Shown here one piece after another: positions 9,580 to 19,114 of a DNA stretch of 64,000 bases. This stretch comes from Hyphomicrobiaceae bacterium (GTDB lineage Bacteria > Pseudomonadota > Alphaproteobacteria > Rhizobiales > Hyphomicrobiaceae), in the NCBI GenBank assembly GCA_031403155.1, contig JANNSX010000468.1, positions 2,185 through 66,184 of the forward strand, written 5' to 3'. Position numbers and translations under genes: made by a program. Within the stretch, counting starts at the first letter, position 1. Each line of letters opens with the position of its first letter. The notes under the pieces are model-generated. The model was not told the origin of the DNA and searched no databases. It worked only from the letters and a program-made list of their open reading frames with translations.

Positions 9580-10359
9580 TCAGTGTCCCGGATGCAGCGC
9601 GTCGTTGAGATACATGCAGGTGAGCATGCTGAAGACATAGGCCTGGAGGAAGGCCACGAGGAATTCCAGCGCCGTCAGCGCAATCGCCATCAGCAGCGGC
9701 AGCGGCGAAAGCGCCACCCAGGCGCCGGCGCCCAACAGCATGACGATGAAACCCGCGAAGACTTTCAGCGCGATATGGCCCGCCAGCATGTTGGCGAAGA
9801 GACGCATCGAATGGCTGACCGGGCGCGAGAGGAAGGAGATCACCTCGATCGGCACCACGATTGGCATCATGTAGATCGGCACGCCCGACGGCACGAAGAG
9901 CTTCAGGAACCTGAGGCCGTTCGTGGCGAAGCCCACCACCAGCACGGTGATAAACACGATAGCCGCCAGCGCGACGGCGATGATGAGATGGCTTGTCGCC
10001 GTGAAGGCATAGGGGATCATGCCCAGCATGTTCACCGTGAAGATGAAGATGAAGAGCGAGAAGACGAGCGGGAAGAACTTCATCGCGTGATCGCCGGCCG
10101 CCTGCCGCAGCATGTTGGCGACGAACTCGTAGGCGATCTCGGCGATTGATTGGATGCGGCTCGGGATCAGCGCCTTCGCGCCCATGGCGTAGACGAGGAA
10201 GCCCGACGACACGATCGTCGCCAGCACCATGAACAGCGACGAGTTCGTAAATGTCGCGTCGTAGCCGAACAGGCTGAACTTCTGGATCGGCCAGATATCG
10301 AACTGATGGATCGGATCGGGCATTCCCCCGCCGCCATGTCCGCCAGCTGCTTCAGCCAC
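9580..10359 (-). CDS. atpB: F0F1 ATP synthase subunit a
   Basis: [11 protein letters not shown]...[19 protein letters not shown] is the subunit a signature. The start is either GTG at 10359 or ATG at 10323. Confidence 0.92.
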   Translation of the reverse strand: MAEAAGGHGGGGMPDPIHQFDIWPIQKFSLFGYDATFTNSSLFMVLATIVSSGFLVYAMGAKALIPSRIQSIAEIAYEFVANMLRQAAGDHAMKFFPLVFSLFIFIFTVNMLGMIPYAFTATSHLIIAVALAAIVFITVLVVGFATNGLRFLKLFVPSGVPIYMMPIVVPIEVISFLSRPVSHSMRLFANMLAGHIALKVFAGFIVMLLGAGAWVALSPLPLLMAIALTALEFLVAFLQAYVFSMLTCMYLNDALHPGH

Positions 10360-10374
10360 GCGTGTCCCCCAAAA

Positions 10375-10782
10375 TCAATCGTCGTCGTCGTCCTTGACCG
10401 CCCGTCCGAGATTGCCGCCGGTCTCGGCGTTGATCTCGGCCTGCAGCCTTCGCTGGGTCCGCAGGAGATTGACGATGCCGGCGATGAACCCCAGAAGCAG
10501 AAACGCGAGGAACAGCAACCGGCCCGTACCGAGCACATAGTCGAGCGCATATCCGATGACGCCGCCGACCAGCACGGCTGCCACGAGCTCGGACACCATC
10601 CGCATCCCGTAGGCCATGCCCCGGCTCGACATCCTGCCCTGTTGTCCGGCGGATTGCTCCGCCGCCTTGGCCTCGCGCACGCGGTCGAGCTTGCCATCCA
10701 AGTCCCTGACGCGCCGCTCGAAAGCGGCCCGCTCCTCGGGGCTCAGATCGCCGCGGCCTTTGGGGCCGGCCGGCTCGCTCAT
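10375..10782 (-). CDS. atpI: ATP synthase protein I (AtpI/AtpZ-like)
   Basis: Small two-TM protein (MVSELVAAVLVGGVIGYALDYVLGT..LLFLAFLLLGFIAGIVNLL) immediately upstream of atpB. Confidence 0.8.
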   Translation of the reverse strand: MSEPAGPKGRGDLSPEERAAFERRVRDLDGKLDRVREAKAAEQSAGQQGRMSSRGMAYGMRMVSELVAAVLVGGVIGYALDYVLGTGRLLFLAFLLLGFIAGIVNLLRTQRRLQAEINAETGGNLGRAVKDDDDD

Positions 10783-11038
10783 GGGAGGCCTCGAAAACAG
10801 GCAGGTCGTCGACGAAATCAGGCTATCGACCGGGGCGGAACTTAAGGGGCGGGGGATAGTGTGTCAAGGATCGGAAACGGGCGAAAAAGCCCGGATTTCC
10901 GGCGGTTTTCTAAGGTGTGGGCCGGCGCTGCGGCAATTCATCCGCCGCCGTCCACAGACGACACTGCCTCGCGATAGCGCTCGGCTCGATCCAAACCGGA
11001 TTGGCGCAATCAGGCAAACTGAAGTATAAATCCAGACC

Positions 11039-11272
11039 ATGACGATACTGCTCGACAAAGCCATCAAAGTGCTCCGCCAACTCCCGCCAGAGGAGCAGGA
11101 TGCGCTTGCCCGCGAAGTATTGGATCGCGTAGCAGCGGACCAGCGTTGGGAGGCTCTTTTCAATGATCCGAGATCAGGTCCGCTGCTGGATCGCCTTGTT
11201 CGCGAGGTTCGGGCGGACATAGCGGCGGGCGATGTCATCGACGGAGACCCATCCAACCGCTCGAGCGGCTGA
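11039..11272 (+). CDS. putative type II antitoxin
   Basis: 77-aa acidic/helical protein (LLDKAIKVLRQLPPEEQDALAREVLDRV) upstream of a RelE/ParE-like toxin. The assignment rests on context and general resemblance only. Confidence 0.5.
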   Translation: MTILLDKAIKVLRQLPPEEQDALAREVLDRVAADQRWEALFNDPRSGPLLDRLVREVRADIAAGDVIDGDPSNRSSG

Positions 11273-11363
11273 ATACGGCATCCGCACGAACCGCTTGCGC
11301 CATGTGCGGGGTTCAGGCTGGCTTTGCCTTCCACGACCAAGACCGTAAGGAGTGGAGGGATGA

Positions 11364-11630
11364 ATGCGATCACAGACCAACAAAAAATTCTGGCGTCTGT
11401 TCGACAAACTTCCGGTCGGTATCCAGGAACGCGCCCGATCGGCTTATGGACAGTGGCGCAAGAACCCGGCCCACCCTTCACTGCATTTCAAGCGCGTCGG
11501 TCTGGAGCAACCGCTCTTCTCGGTGAGGGTTGGTGAACACCATCGCGCCCTTGGATTGCTCGAAGGCGACACCATCACTTGGTTCTGGATCGGCGGGCAC
11601 GACGACTACATGCGGATGCTCGATTCGTAG
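11364..11630 (+). CDS. RelE/ParE-superfamily type II toxin
   Basis: FWRLFDKLPVGIQERARSAYGQWRKNPAHPSLHFKRVG..LFSVRVGEHHRALGLLEGDTITWFWIGGHDDY fits the toxin fold pattern. AAGGAGTGGAGGG lies upstream. Confidence 0.7.
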   Translation: MRSQTNKKFWRLFDKLPVGIQERARSAYGQWRKNPAHPSLHFKRVGLEQPLFSVRVGEHHRALGLLEGDTITWFWIGGHDDYMRMLDS

Positions 11631-11633
11631 CCC

Positions 11634-14600
11634 TTACCCCGCCTCCCGATAGCCCTCGGCGGTCGCCAAGTCGACCGACACGAGCTGGCTGATGCCCTTC
11701 TCGGCCATCGTCACCCCGAACAGGCGATGCATGCGCGACATGGTCATGGGGTGATGGGTGATGACGAGGAAGCGGGTCTGCGTGTTGCGCCCCATCTCCT
11801 CCATCATGGCGCAGAAGCGGTCGACGTTGGAGTCGTCCAACGGCGCGTCGACCTCGTCCAGCACGCAGATGGGCGAGGGGTTCGACAGGAACACCGCGAA
11901 GATCAGTGACAGCGCCGTCAGCGTCTGCTCGCCGCCCGAGAGCAGCGAGAGCGTCGCTGGCTTTTTGCCGGGAGGTTTCGCCACGATCTCGAGCCCGCCT
12001 TCCAGCGGATCCTCACCCTCGATCATTTCGAGCCGCGCCTCGCCGCCGGCGAACAGCGTCATGAACAGGCGCTGGAAGTGCCCGTTGACGATCGTGAAGG
12101 CCTCGTCGAGCCGCTTCTTGCCCTCGCGGTTGAGCTTGCCGATGGCTTCCCGGAGCTGGCCAATGGCGGCATCGAGATCGGCGCGCTCTTTTTCGAGGGA
12201 GTCATGCTGCTTCTCGAGTTCGGTCAGCTCCTCCTCGGCGCGCAGATTGACGCCGCCGAGCCCGTCGCGATCCTGCCGGAGTTTGTGCAAGCGACGCTCC
12301 AGATCGGCGAGGCTCGGCAGCTCCGCGTCTTGCGCGTGTCCCGCTTTGGCGAGTGCGGCCTCGGGCGGGCAATCCAAGGTCTCGCGGAGCTTGGCTGACG
12401 CCTGCAATCGCAACTCTCGGGCCTGCTCCAGGTGCGTCTCGACGCGGGCGCGGGCCTCGCGCTGCTGGGAGACGGCTTCGCCTGCTTCCTTCAACGTCTT
12501 CGCAAGCTGGCGCGCCGCGGTTTCGGCTTCGGCCAGCGTATCGGCGGCATGGCGCCGATCGGCTTCGGCGGACGAGATGGCATCGGCGAGCTTGGCGCGG
12601 GCTTCCGCGATCCGTTCGGGCTCACTCGCGAGCCGCTCGGTCTCGGATTCCGCATCCTCCCGGCGCTTGGCAAGGCCAGCGAGGTGTTTCTCCGAAGCCT
12701 CGATGCGCGAGGTCCAGCGGCTCTGATCGCCGCCGATGGATTTGAGGCGCTGGGTCCGCTGCTCCGCCTCCCGATCGAGATTGGTGGCGCGCGCCTCGGC
12801 CTCGATGAGCGTCTGGCGCTCGGTTTGGGCTGTGGCCACGGTACGTTGATGTTCGGCCGTCAGCGGCGCGGGATCGGCGAGGCCGTCCAGCTCGGATTGG
12901 AAAGCGGCGGCGCGCGCGCGGTGCTCCTCGACGGCCTCGGCATCGCGTGCGATCGCAGCCGCGAGCACGGCCCGGCGGCTCTCGACCTCGGCGGTCTTGC
13001 GCTCGGCGCGGGTGAGCTCGTCGCGGCTGCGGGCCAGGGTTTCGCGGGCGTCTCTCAGATGGGCTTTTGCTGCGGCGGCCGCGTCACGAGCGTCCTTGAG
13101 GGTGGCGCTCATGCCAGCGAGCAGGGCGGCTGCCTCTGACAGGCGTCGCTCTGACAAGGCATGGAGCGACGCGATCTCTGCAAGCCGGTTGCGGTTGGCG
13201 AGGCGGGCGGCAGCCGCCGTCGGCGCCTCGGCGGCGGCGACGAGACCGTCCCAGCGCCAGACGTCGCCCGCACGGCTCACCAGCCGCTGGCCGACGCGCA
13301 GAAGCTTTTGGAGCCGTGCGCCATCGACCCTTTCGACCAGCCCGGTCTGAGCGAGACGGCGCGTCAGCTCCGGCGGGCAGTCAATGAATTGGGAGAGCGG
13401 CGCGACCCCATCGGGGAGCAAGGGATCGTCGGCTTGCCCCTCTATGATCGTCCAATGGGCCGGCGAGATCTCGTCGATCGGATGATCGAGGTCGTCGCCG
13501 AGGACGGCGCCGAGCGCGGTCTCGTAGCCGGAGGTGACGGCGAGCTTGTCGGCGATGGGCTCGGCGCCTGCGGTGACGGAGGCGATCAAGCGGCGGAGCG
13601 TATCGCTCTCGGCGGCGAGCCGGCCCGCCTCGATCTGGCTGCTGGACAGCGCGCCGCGCGCCTCGGCCTCGGTCTGTGCCGCGCGGGTGACGCCATCCTC
13701 CGCGGTCTCGACGGCCTGTTCCAGCTCGACGACGCGGGTCGACTCCGCCTCGACCCGCTGGCGCAACGCGCCGATCGCAGCACTCGTCTGATCGGTCGCA
13801 AGAGCCTCCGCCTCGGCCACGGTCTTCGAGTGCCGTGTCAAGCAATCGCCGGTGCGCCGGGTTTCCTCCGCGACCAGGCCCGATAGCCGCTGGCGGCTCG
13901 AGGTCAGCGTTGCGATCTCGCGCGTGAGGGCTGCCAGCCGCTGCTCGATTTCGCCGCAGACCGTGCGCCGCTCGGCGACGAGCGTATGGGCGGCTTGCGT
14001 CGCTTTCTCGGCAAAATAGGCGGCCGACGTGATCCTCTCCGCCTCTTCGCCCAGCTCCGCCAGCATGGCGCGCGCCTCGGCAACGATCGTCGTCTCGCGC
14101 TCGTGGTCGCGGAAGATCTCGGCCTGGCGCCCGTCGAGCTCGGCAAGGCGAGCACGGATATGTTGTTCTTCGCGCTCGAGACTCACTGCCTCGTTGTTGA
14201 GCCGATGCAGCGCCGCCGCCTTCTCGGCTTCGATCTGGCGCAGACCGGGGAGTCGCTCGGAGGCTTTGGCCTCCTGTGTTGTCGCCCGCGCTTGCGCCTC
14301 TGTTTGCTCCGCCAGCAACCGCAAGGCCTCGTGCAAGGCCGCCTCGCTTTGCTCGACGTCGACTTCCGAATCGCGCCAGGCGAGGTAGAGGGCGATGGTC
14401 TCGGCCTGCCTTATCTCGTCCGAGATCTCGCGGTAGCGGCGGGCAGCGCGCGCTTGCCGCTTGAGACTGTTGATCTGCGAGGCGAGGCCGCCGATTACGT
14501 CGGCGACGCGCGTCATGTTCGTGTCGGCTGCCCTGAGGCGCAGCTCCGCATCGTGCCGGCGGGAGTGCAAGCCGGCAATGCCTGCCGCATCTTCCAGGAT

Positions 14601-15086
14601 GCGGCGGCGCTGCTCGGGCTTCGCATTGACGATCTCGGCGATCTGGCCTTGGCGGACCAGGGCTGGCGAGCGGGCGCCGGTCGCCGCATCCTCGAAAAGT
14701 AGTTTTACGTCGCGGGCGCGCACCTCGCGGCCGTTGACGCGGTAGGTTGAGCCTGCCTCACGCTCGATGCGGCGGGCCACCTCGATGATGTCGCTGTCGT
14801 TGAGCTCGGGCGGCGCCTTGCGTTCGGAATTGTCGATGAGGATAGCGACCTCGGCGAAATTCCGCGCCGGTCGCTGCTGCGTGCCGGCGAAGATCAAGTC
14901 GTCCATGGCGGCGGCGCGCATGCTCTTGTGCGAGGTCTCGCCCATGACCCAGCGCAGCGCTTCGAGCAGATTGGATTTGCCGCAGCCGTTCGGGCCGACG
15001 ACGCCGGTGAGGCCGGGCTCGACAACAAGCTCGGTCGGCTCGACGAAGGATTTGAAGCCGATCAGTCTCAGCCGCTTGATATGCAC
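11634..15086 (-). CDS. smc: chromosome segregation protein SMC
   Basis: 1150 aa. N-terminal Walker A (GPNGCGKSNLLEALRWVMGE), long coiled coils, C-terminal LSGGEQTLTALSLIFAVF...LDEVDAPLD. Confidence 0.95.
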   Translation of the reverse strand: MHIKRLRLIGFKSFVEPTELVVEPGLTGVVGPNGCGKSNLLEALRWVMGETSHKSMRAAAMDDLIFAGTQQRPARNFAEVAILIDNSERKAPPELNDSDIIEVARRIEREAGSTYRVNGREVRARDVKLLFEDAATGARSPALVRQGQIAEIVNAKPEQRRRILEDAAGIAGLHSRRHDAELRLRAADTNMTRVADVIGGLASQINSLKRQARAARRYREISDEIRQAETIALYLAWRDSEVDVEQSEAALHEALRLLAEQTEAQARATTQEAKASERLPGLRQIEAEKAAALHRLNNEAVSLEREEQHIRARLAELDGRQAEIFRDHERETTIVAEARAMLAELGEEAERITSAAYFAEKATQAAHTLVAERRTVCGEIEQRLAALTREIATLTSSRQRLSGLVAEETRRTGDCLTRHSKTVAEAEALATDQTSAAIGALRQRVEAESTRVVELEQAVETAEDGVTRAAQTEAEARGALSSSQIEAGRLAAESDTLRRLIASVTAGAEPIADKLAVTSGYETALGAVLGDDLDHPIDEISPAHWTIIEGQADDPLLPDGVAPLSQFIDCPPELTRRLAQTGLVERVDGARLQKLLRVGQRLVSRAGDVWRWDGLVAAAEAPTAAAARLANRNRLAEIASLHALSERRLSEAAALLAGMSATLKDARDAAAAAKAHLRDARETLARSRDELTRAERKTAEVESRRAVLAAAIARDAEAVEEHRARAAAFQSELDGLADPAPLTAEHQRTVATAQTERQTLIEAEARATNLDREAEQRTQRLKSIGGDQSRWTSRIEASEKHLAGLAKRREDAESETERLASEPERIAEARAKLADAISSAEADRRHAADTLAEAETAARQLAKTLKEAGEAVSQQREARARVETHLEQARELRLQASAKLRETLDCPPEAALAKAGHAQDAELPSLADLERRLHKLRQDRDGLGGVNLRAEEELTELEKQHDSLEKERADLDAAIGQLREAIGKLNREGKKRLDEAFTIVNGHFQRLFMTLFAGGEARLEMIEGEDPLEGGLEIVAKPPGKKPATLSLLSGGEQTLTALSLIFAVFLSNPSPICVLDEVDAPLDDSNVDRFCAMMEEMGRNTQTRFLVITHHPMTMSRMHRLFGVTMAEKGISQLVSVDLATAEGYREAG

Positions 15087-15134
15087 GATGGCCTCGCACT
15101 CGCCTCAACTTCGGTCTTTGGAGGATACGCTACC

Positions 15135-15312
15135 CGAACCATCGCACTAGTGTCCCGTCCCGCAATTGCCGACCAGCTTGCAGCAGGCACTTTCGGCAAT
15201 TGCGGGACAAAAGGGACACTAGCAACTATAGGTTTTCTAGTGCAATTCAGCTTCGCAAATGCCGTCTGAGCCCGCAGCATTCTCAGTCGGCATTTGCGAA
15301 CCATCGCACTAG
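15135..15312. mobile_element. MITE-like insert: two long hairpins bounded by a 16-bp direct repeat
   Basis: cgaaccatcgcactag occurs at 15135-15150 and 15297-15312. Hairpin 1 pairs 15147-15172 with 15193-15222 (16+10 bp, with a 4-nt bulge). Hairpin 2 pairs 15252-15270 with 15282-15300 (19 bp, 1 mismatch). Confidence 0.6.
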
Positions 15313-16139
15313 CCGCTCGAGGCGACAGCCGCGCCCGACAACATGGGGTCAACGATCGCCTTGAACTCCTCCGGCGTCAGCACCTGCCGGATATGCTTGG
15401 TGCCGATGAAGAAGGTCGGCGTACCGATGACACCGAGCTCGCGGCCGCGCTCCTTCACCCAGGCGAGCCCGTCGATCAGGGTCTGATTCGCAAGGCAGGA
15501 GTCAAACTGCTGCCGTGAGAGTCCGCCCTTCTCGGCGACGGCCGCGATGGCATCGATCCTGACCTCCTGGGAAACCCAGCTCGCTTGTCCGGCGAGCAGG
15601 TGCTCGTAGACGGCGTGCCAGGTGTCATCGGAAGCGCAGCGGGACGCGATCCACGCATTGCCGGACGACCGGCCGATCGGGAACTCGCGGATCACCCACT
15701 TGATCTTGCCCGTATCAATGTAGGTTTTCTTGATGGCCGGGAAGCTCGAGGCGTGGAAGGCCCGGCAATGCGGGCAGGTCATCGAGGCGAACTCATAGAC
15801 GGTGAGCGGCGCGTTCGCGCTGCCAAGGAACCGGTCGCCGAGCGGACCGGCCAGCGCGAGGTCGGCGGCCGTCGGCTCGGCGATCACCTTGCGGCCACCG
15901 TTCGCGCTCGAGTCGGGCGCTGCGCTATCCCCCGCGCGGCCGAAGCTCGACTTTGGTGCTGCCGCCGTCTTCGTCGAATAGGCGGCAAGGCTTGAGGTGT
16001 CAGCCGTCGAGGATTCGGCTGTCGCAGCTCCAATCACGCCGGGCGCCACCGGCTCGCCCGAGCAGCCGGCGAGCAGTATCGCGACGGCCAGCGAAGCCGC
16101 TACGCCAATGGTGCCGATGATCCGCCGGGCGCTCCGCAT
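15309..16139 (-). CDS. DsbA-family thiol:disulfide oxidoreductase, lipoprotein
   Basis: Lipobox LLAGCSG and active site FASMTCPHCRAF. ATGA overlap with the upstream paralog. Confidence 0.85.
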   Translation of the reverse strand: MRSARRIIGTIGVAASLAVAILLAGCSGEPVAPGVIGAATAESSTADTSSLAAYSTKTAAAPKSSFGRAGDSAAPDSSANGGRKVIAEPTAADLALAGPLGDRFLGSANAPLTVYEFASMTCPHCRAFHASSFPAIKKTYIDTGKIKWVIREFPIGRSSGNAWIASRCASDDTWHAVYEHLLAGQASWVSQEVRIDAIAAVAEKGGLSRQQFDSCLANQTLIDGLAWVKERGRELGVIGTPTFFIGTKHIRQVLTPEEFKAIVDPMLSGAAVASSG

Positions 16140-17050
16140 CAGCCGTGTCCCAGCGCCTTCATGATCTTGTCGAACTCCTCGAGTCCAAATCCCTCTTTGA
16201 GCTTCACGCCATTGATGAAGATGGTCGGTGTCGCGGTAATGCCGAAATTCTGGTCGGCACGGTCACGAATCGCGCCGATGTTCTCCTGCAGCTTCGTGTC
16301 GGCGAGGCACTTGTCGAAGCTCTCGTCGGTGAAGCCGGCCTGCTTGGTGATTTCCTTGAGCTTCGGCAAGGGCGAGCCCTCGCCAGTGGCCCAGTCGAGC
16401 TGCGTCTTGAACATGGAGGAGATGAAGGCGTGGAACTTCACCGGGCCGCCGCAACGCGCCAGCATCGAGACGCCCATGGCGAGATTGTCGAGCGGGAACT
16501 CGCGGAAGATCAGTTTGGCCTTGCCGGTGTCGATGTATTTGGTCTTCACCTGCGGCAGCACCGACGTGTGGAAGTTCGCGCAATGCGGGCAGGTCATCGA
16601 CGCGTACTCGACGATCGTGACCGGCGCGTTCGCGTCACCTAGTACGATGTCCTCGAGCGCGCCGGGCTTCATGAGCTCTTCGAGGGCGACATCGGGCGTT
16701 GGCGGCGTGGACGCAGCTGCCGCGGTTTCGGTCGATGGCGTCGTCGAGCTGCTGGATGCCGTGCCGCCCGAGGAAGTGTCGGTCGCCGTCGTGGTCGAGG
16801 ACGAGCCTGACACCGACGTGTCGGTGCCGGAGGTTGTCGTCGTTGACGAGCCGCTGTCCGTCGAGGTTGTGGTCGCACCCGAGGATGAGGTTTGGGTATT
16901 GGTCGATGGCGACGGCGAGGGCGTATAGAAATTGTAGACCAGCACGGCCAGCGCCGCCGCCACCGCGACCGCGATCAGGCCGCCGGTCGGAATGCCACCG
17001 CTCTTGGCTGGCTTAGGTTGGCTGCCGGATGACTTTTTGTCCTGGCTCAA
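16139..17050 (-). CDS. DsbA-family thiol:disulfide oxidoreductase, membrane-anchored with a long S/T-rich linker
   Basis: Active site YASMTCPHCANF. I chose TTG at 17050 because GGGAG lies 6 nt upstream; the ORF track extends to 17188. The linker carries about 100 residues of S/T/G low complexity. Confidence 0.8.
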   Translation of the reverse strand: MSQDKKSSGSQPKPAKSGGIPTGGLIAVAVAAALAVLVYNFYTPSPSPSTNTQTSSSGATTTSTDSGSSTTTTSGTDTSVSGSSSTTTATDTSSGGTASSSSTTPSTETAAAASTPPTPDVALEELMKPGALEDIVLGDANAPVTIVEYASMTCPHCANFHTSVLPQVKTKYIDTGKAKLIFREFPLDNLAMGVSMLARCGGPVKFHAFISSMFKTQLDWATGEGSPLPKLKEITKQAGFTDESFDKCLADTKLQENIGAIRDRADQNFGITATPTIFINGVKLKEGFGLEEFDKIMKALGHG

Positions 17051-17211
17051 GCAAAGCTCCCATCGATGTCGCCTACAGAGGCGCCAGGGGTGACATACCT
17101 CCGGCGGCAGGCGAAATGTATCTCCAGATGGGGTTCGTCTAGCACATTTCGAGGGCAGGGCTATGGCCGCAACGCCGCGCCCCGGCACAAAATCCTCGTG
17201 ATGTTTGAGGG

Positions 17212-17745
17212 TTAGCGGTTGGCAGTCCGCGTCGACGAGGTGACGGCCATCGCCAGCCGGTCGAGAGCATTGGTGAGCGGTGAGCCGGAGTTCGCGCCTT
17301 GGCCGATGACCTCGCGGGGTCTGGGCACGAACTTCTGCTGAGCAGGTCGCCCGATCCGGCAGACGATCGGAGCCTGTACGAGGCGGATCTCGGTGATGGC
17401 CCGATAGCCGAGGAAGCCGTTGATCTTTTCCATGATCTGGGCTGCCCGGTACTGCACCTCGAGGGCCCGCGCGCCGTCCACGCGAAGCACCAGCGTTGCG
17501 CCAGCAGCTTCGGTTTCATCGGCGTCCTCGACTGGGCGAGGCCATTTGATCTTCTCGGGCCGAGTAAAATGAGCAAGCGCAGGCCCGACAATGGCAGTCC
17601 AGTCGGCCGCCAGCCGGCCGGCCGGAAAACCGTGTTTTTCAAAGGCTTTACGGGTGACGTCCGGTACGAAGCTACCGATGGCGCCGACACTTGAGCCGAG
17701 CTTCGCGCTGTTCGCCCAAGATCTGTTGCCCCCACCCCACGCCAT
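17212..17745 (-). CDS. DUF721 (DciA-like) protein
   Basis: FPAGRLAADWTAIVGPALAHFTRPEKI...ATLVLRVDGARALEVQYRAAQIMEKINGFLGYRAI. It is divergent from mutY, as in many alphaproteobacteria. Confidence 0.75.
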   Translation of the reverse strand: MAWGGGNRSWANSAKLGSSVGAIGSFVPDVTRKAFEKHGFPAGRLAADWTAIVGPALAHFTRPEKIKWPRPVEDADETEAAGATLVLRVDGARALEVQYRAAQIMEKINGFLGYRAITEIRLVQAPIVCRIGRPAQQKFVPRPREVIGQGANSGSPLTNALDRLAMAVTSSTRTANR

Positions 17746-17828
17746 GCGCTCGACCCCGAATCATTTGCTGCACCCGTCGGGAAAGCTAACATGCAGCGGC
17801 CGATTCGCGCCGGGCGGGGGACGAAGCC

Positions 17829-18944
17829 ATGAGCGCTGTTGCCAAGCTGCATCAGATGCCCCGGAGTGCCAAATCGCACCCGGTCGGCGCCGCTTTGCTC
17901 GATTGGTACGACAAGGCCCGCCGTGAGCTGCCCTGGCGCATGGCACCTGGCAAGCCGGCTGACCCGTATGCCGTCTGGCTCTCCGAGGTCATGCTGCAGC
18001 AAACCACGGTGAAAGCCGTCATCCCCTACTATCGGCGATTTCTGGAGCTTTGGCCGGCCGTTGGCGACCTCGCGGCCGTATCCCGCGATGATGTCATGCG
18101 CGCCTGGGCCGGGCTGGGCTACTACTCGCGCGCCCACAATTTGCACGATTGCGCGAAAACCGTTGTCGAGCGGCATGGCGGCCGATTTCCCCGGACGGAA
18201 GCTGAGCTTCTCGAGCTACCGGGCATCGGCCCTTATACCGCCGCCGCTGTAGCCGCGATTGCTTTCGGCGAGCAGGCAATGCCGGTCGATGGCAATGTCG
18301 AGCGGGTGATGGCCCGGCTCCACGCCGTTGAGACGCCGCTGCCTGATGCCAAGCCCGAACTCAAAGCTTTGGCCCAAACGCTCATTCCGGATGAACGCTC
18401 GGGCGATCTGGCGCAGGCGTTGATGGATCTCGGGGCGACCGTCTGTGCGCCGCGCCGGCCTTCCTGCATGCTCTGTCCGCTGGAGCGGCACTGTCTGGGC
18501 AAGTCGCGCGGCATCGCCGCCGAGCTGCCCTACCGGCGTGCGAAGGCCGAGCGTCCAACCCGGCGCGGTATCGCCTTCCTCGCCCTGTCGGAAGGCGGAG
18601 AGGTGCTGCTGCGCAAACGTCCCGACGATGGCCTGCTTGCGCAGATGATGGAGATCCCTTCGACCCGGTGGGCGGACGACTGGATGGCCGAGGACGAGGC
18701 ACTCGAAGGCGCCCCCGTGCATGCGAGCTGGTGGCCGGTGCCGGGCATCGTGACGCACACGTTCACACACTTCCGCCTCGAGCTCATTGTGTATCGGGCG
18801 CTCGTTCCAACGGCCGCCGCGCTGACCTTGTGGGCGTCGCAGGACCGTTGCCGCTGGGTGCATCGGCGTGACCTCGACCGCGAGGCGCTGCCTTCCGTCA
18901 TGCGCAAGGCCATCGCCCACGGGCTCGACGGCAGCTCTCGGTAG
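17829..18944 (+). CDS. mutY: A/G-specific adenine DNA glycosylase MutY
   Basis: LPWR...DPYAVWLSEVMLQQTTVKAVIPYYRRF, an HhH-GPD region, and the Fe-S cluster loop CAPRRPSCMLCPLERHC. Confidence 0.93.
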   Translation: MSAVAKLHQMPRSAKSHPVGAALLDWYDKARRELPWRMAPGKPADPYAVWLSEVMLQQTTVKAVIPYYRRFLELWPAVGDLAAVSRDDVMRAWAGLGYYSRAHNLHDCAKTVVERHGGRFPRTEAELLELPGIGPYTAAAVAAIAFGEQAMPVDGNVERVMARLHAVETPLPDAKPELKALAQTLIPDERSGDLAQALMDLGATVCAPRRPSCMLCPLERHCLGKSRGIAAELPYRRAKAERPTRRGIAFLALSEGGEVLLRKRPDDGLLAQMMEIPSTRWADDWMAEDEALEGAPVHASWWPVPGIVTHTFTHFRLELIVYRALVPTAAALTLWASQDRCRWVHRRDLDREALPSVMRKAIAHGLDGSSR

Positions 18945-19114
18945 CTAAGGCGCCTTTTCGAAACTTCAGATTACACGTGATCGGAATGTGATCACGGCGT
19001 GCGCTGAGATGGCGCAGCAACCAAATGGCCTAATTCGTTGACTGGCCTCGCTCAACGTTTAGGGGAGCCTTTGTAACGCATCGGTATCCGCAACTTGTAC
19101 GAGTGGAGTTGAGT

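Noticed and set aside
18976-18996. 7-bp inverted repeat cgtgatc-N7-gatcacg upstream of the DUF882 gene as an operator
   Set aside because: It is too short to distinguish from chance in 64 kb, and no candidate regulator lies nearby.
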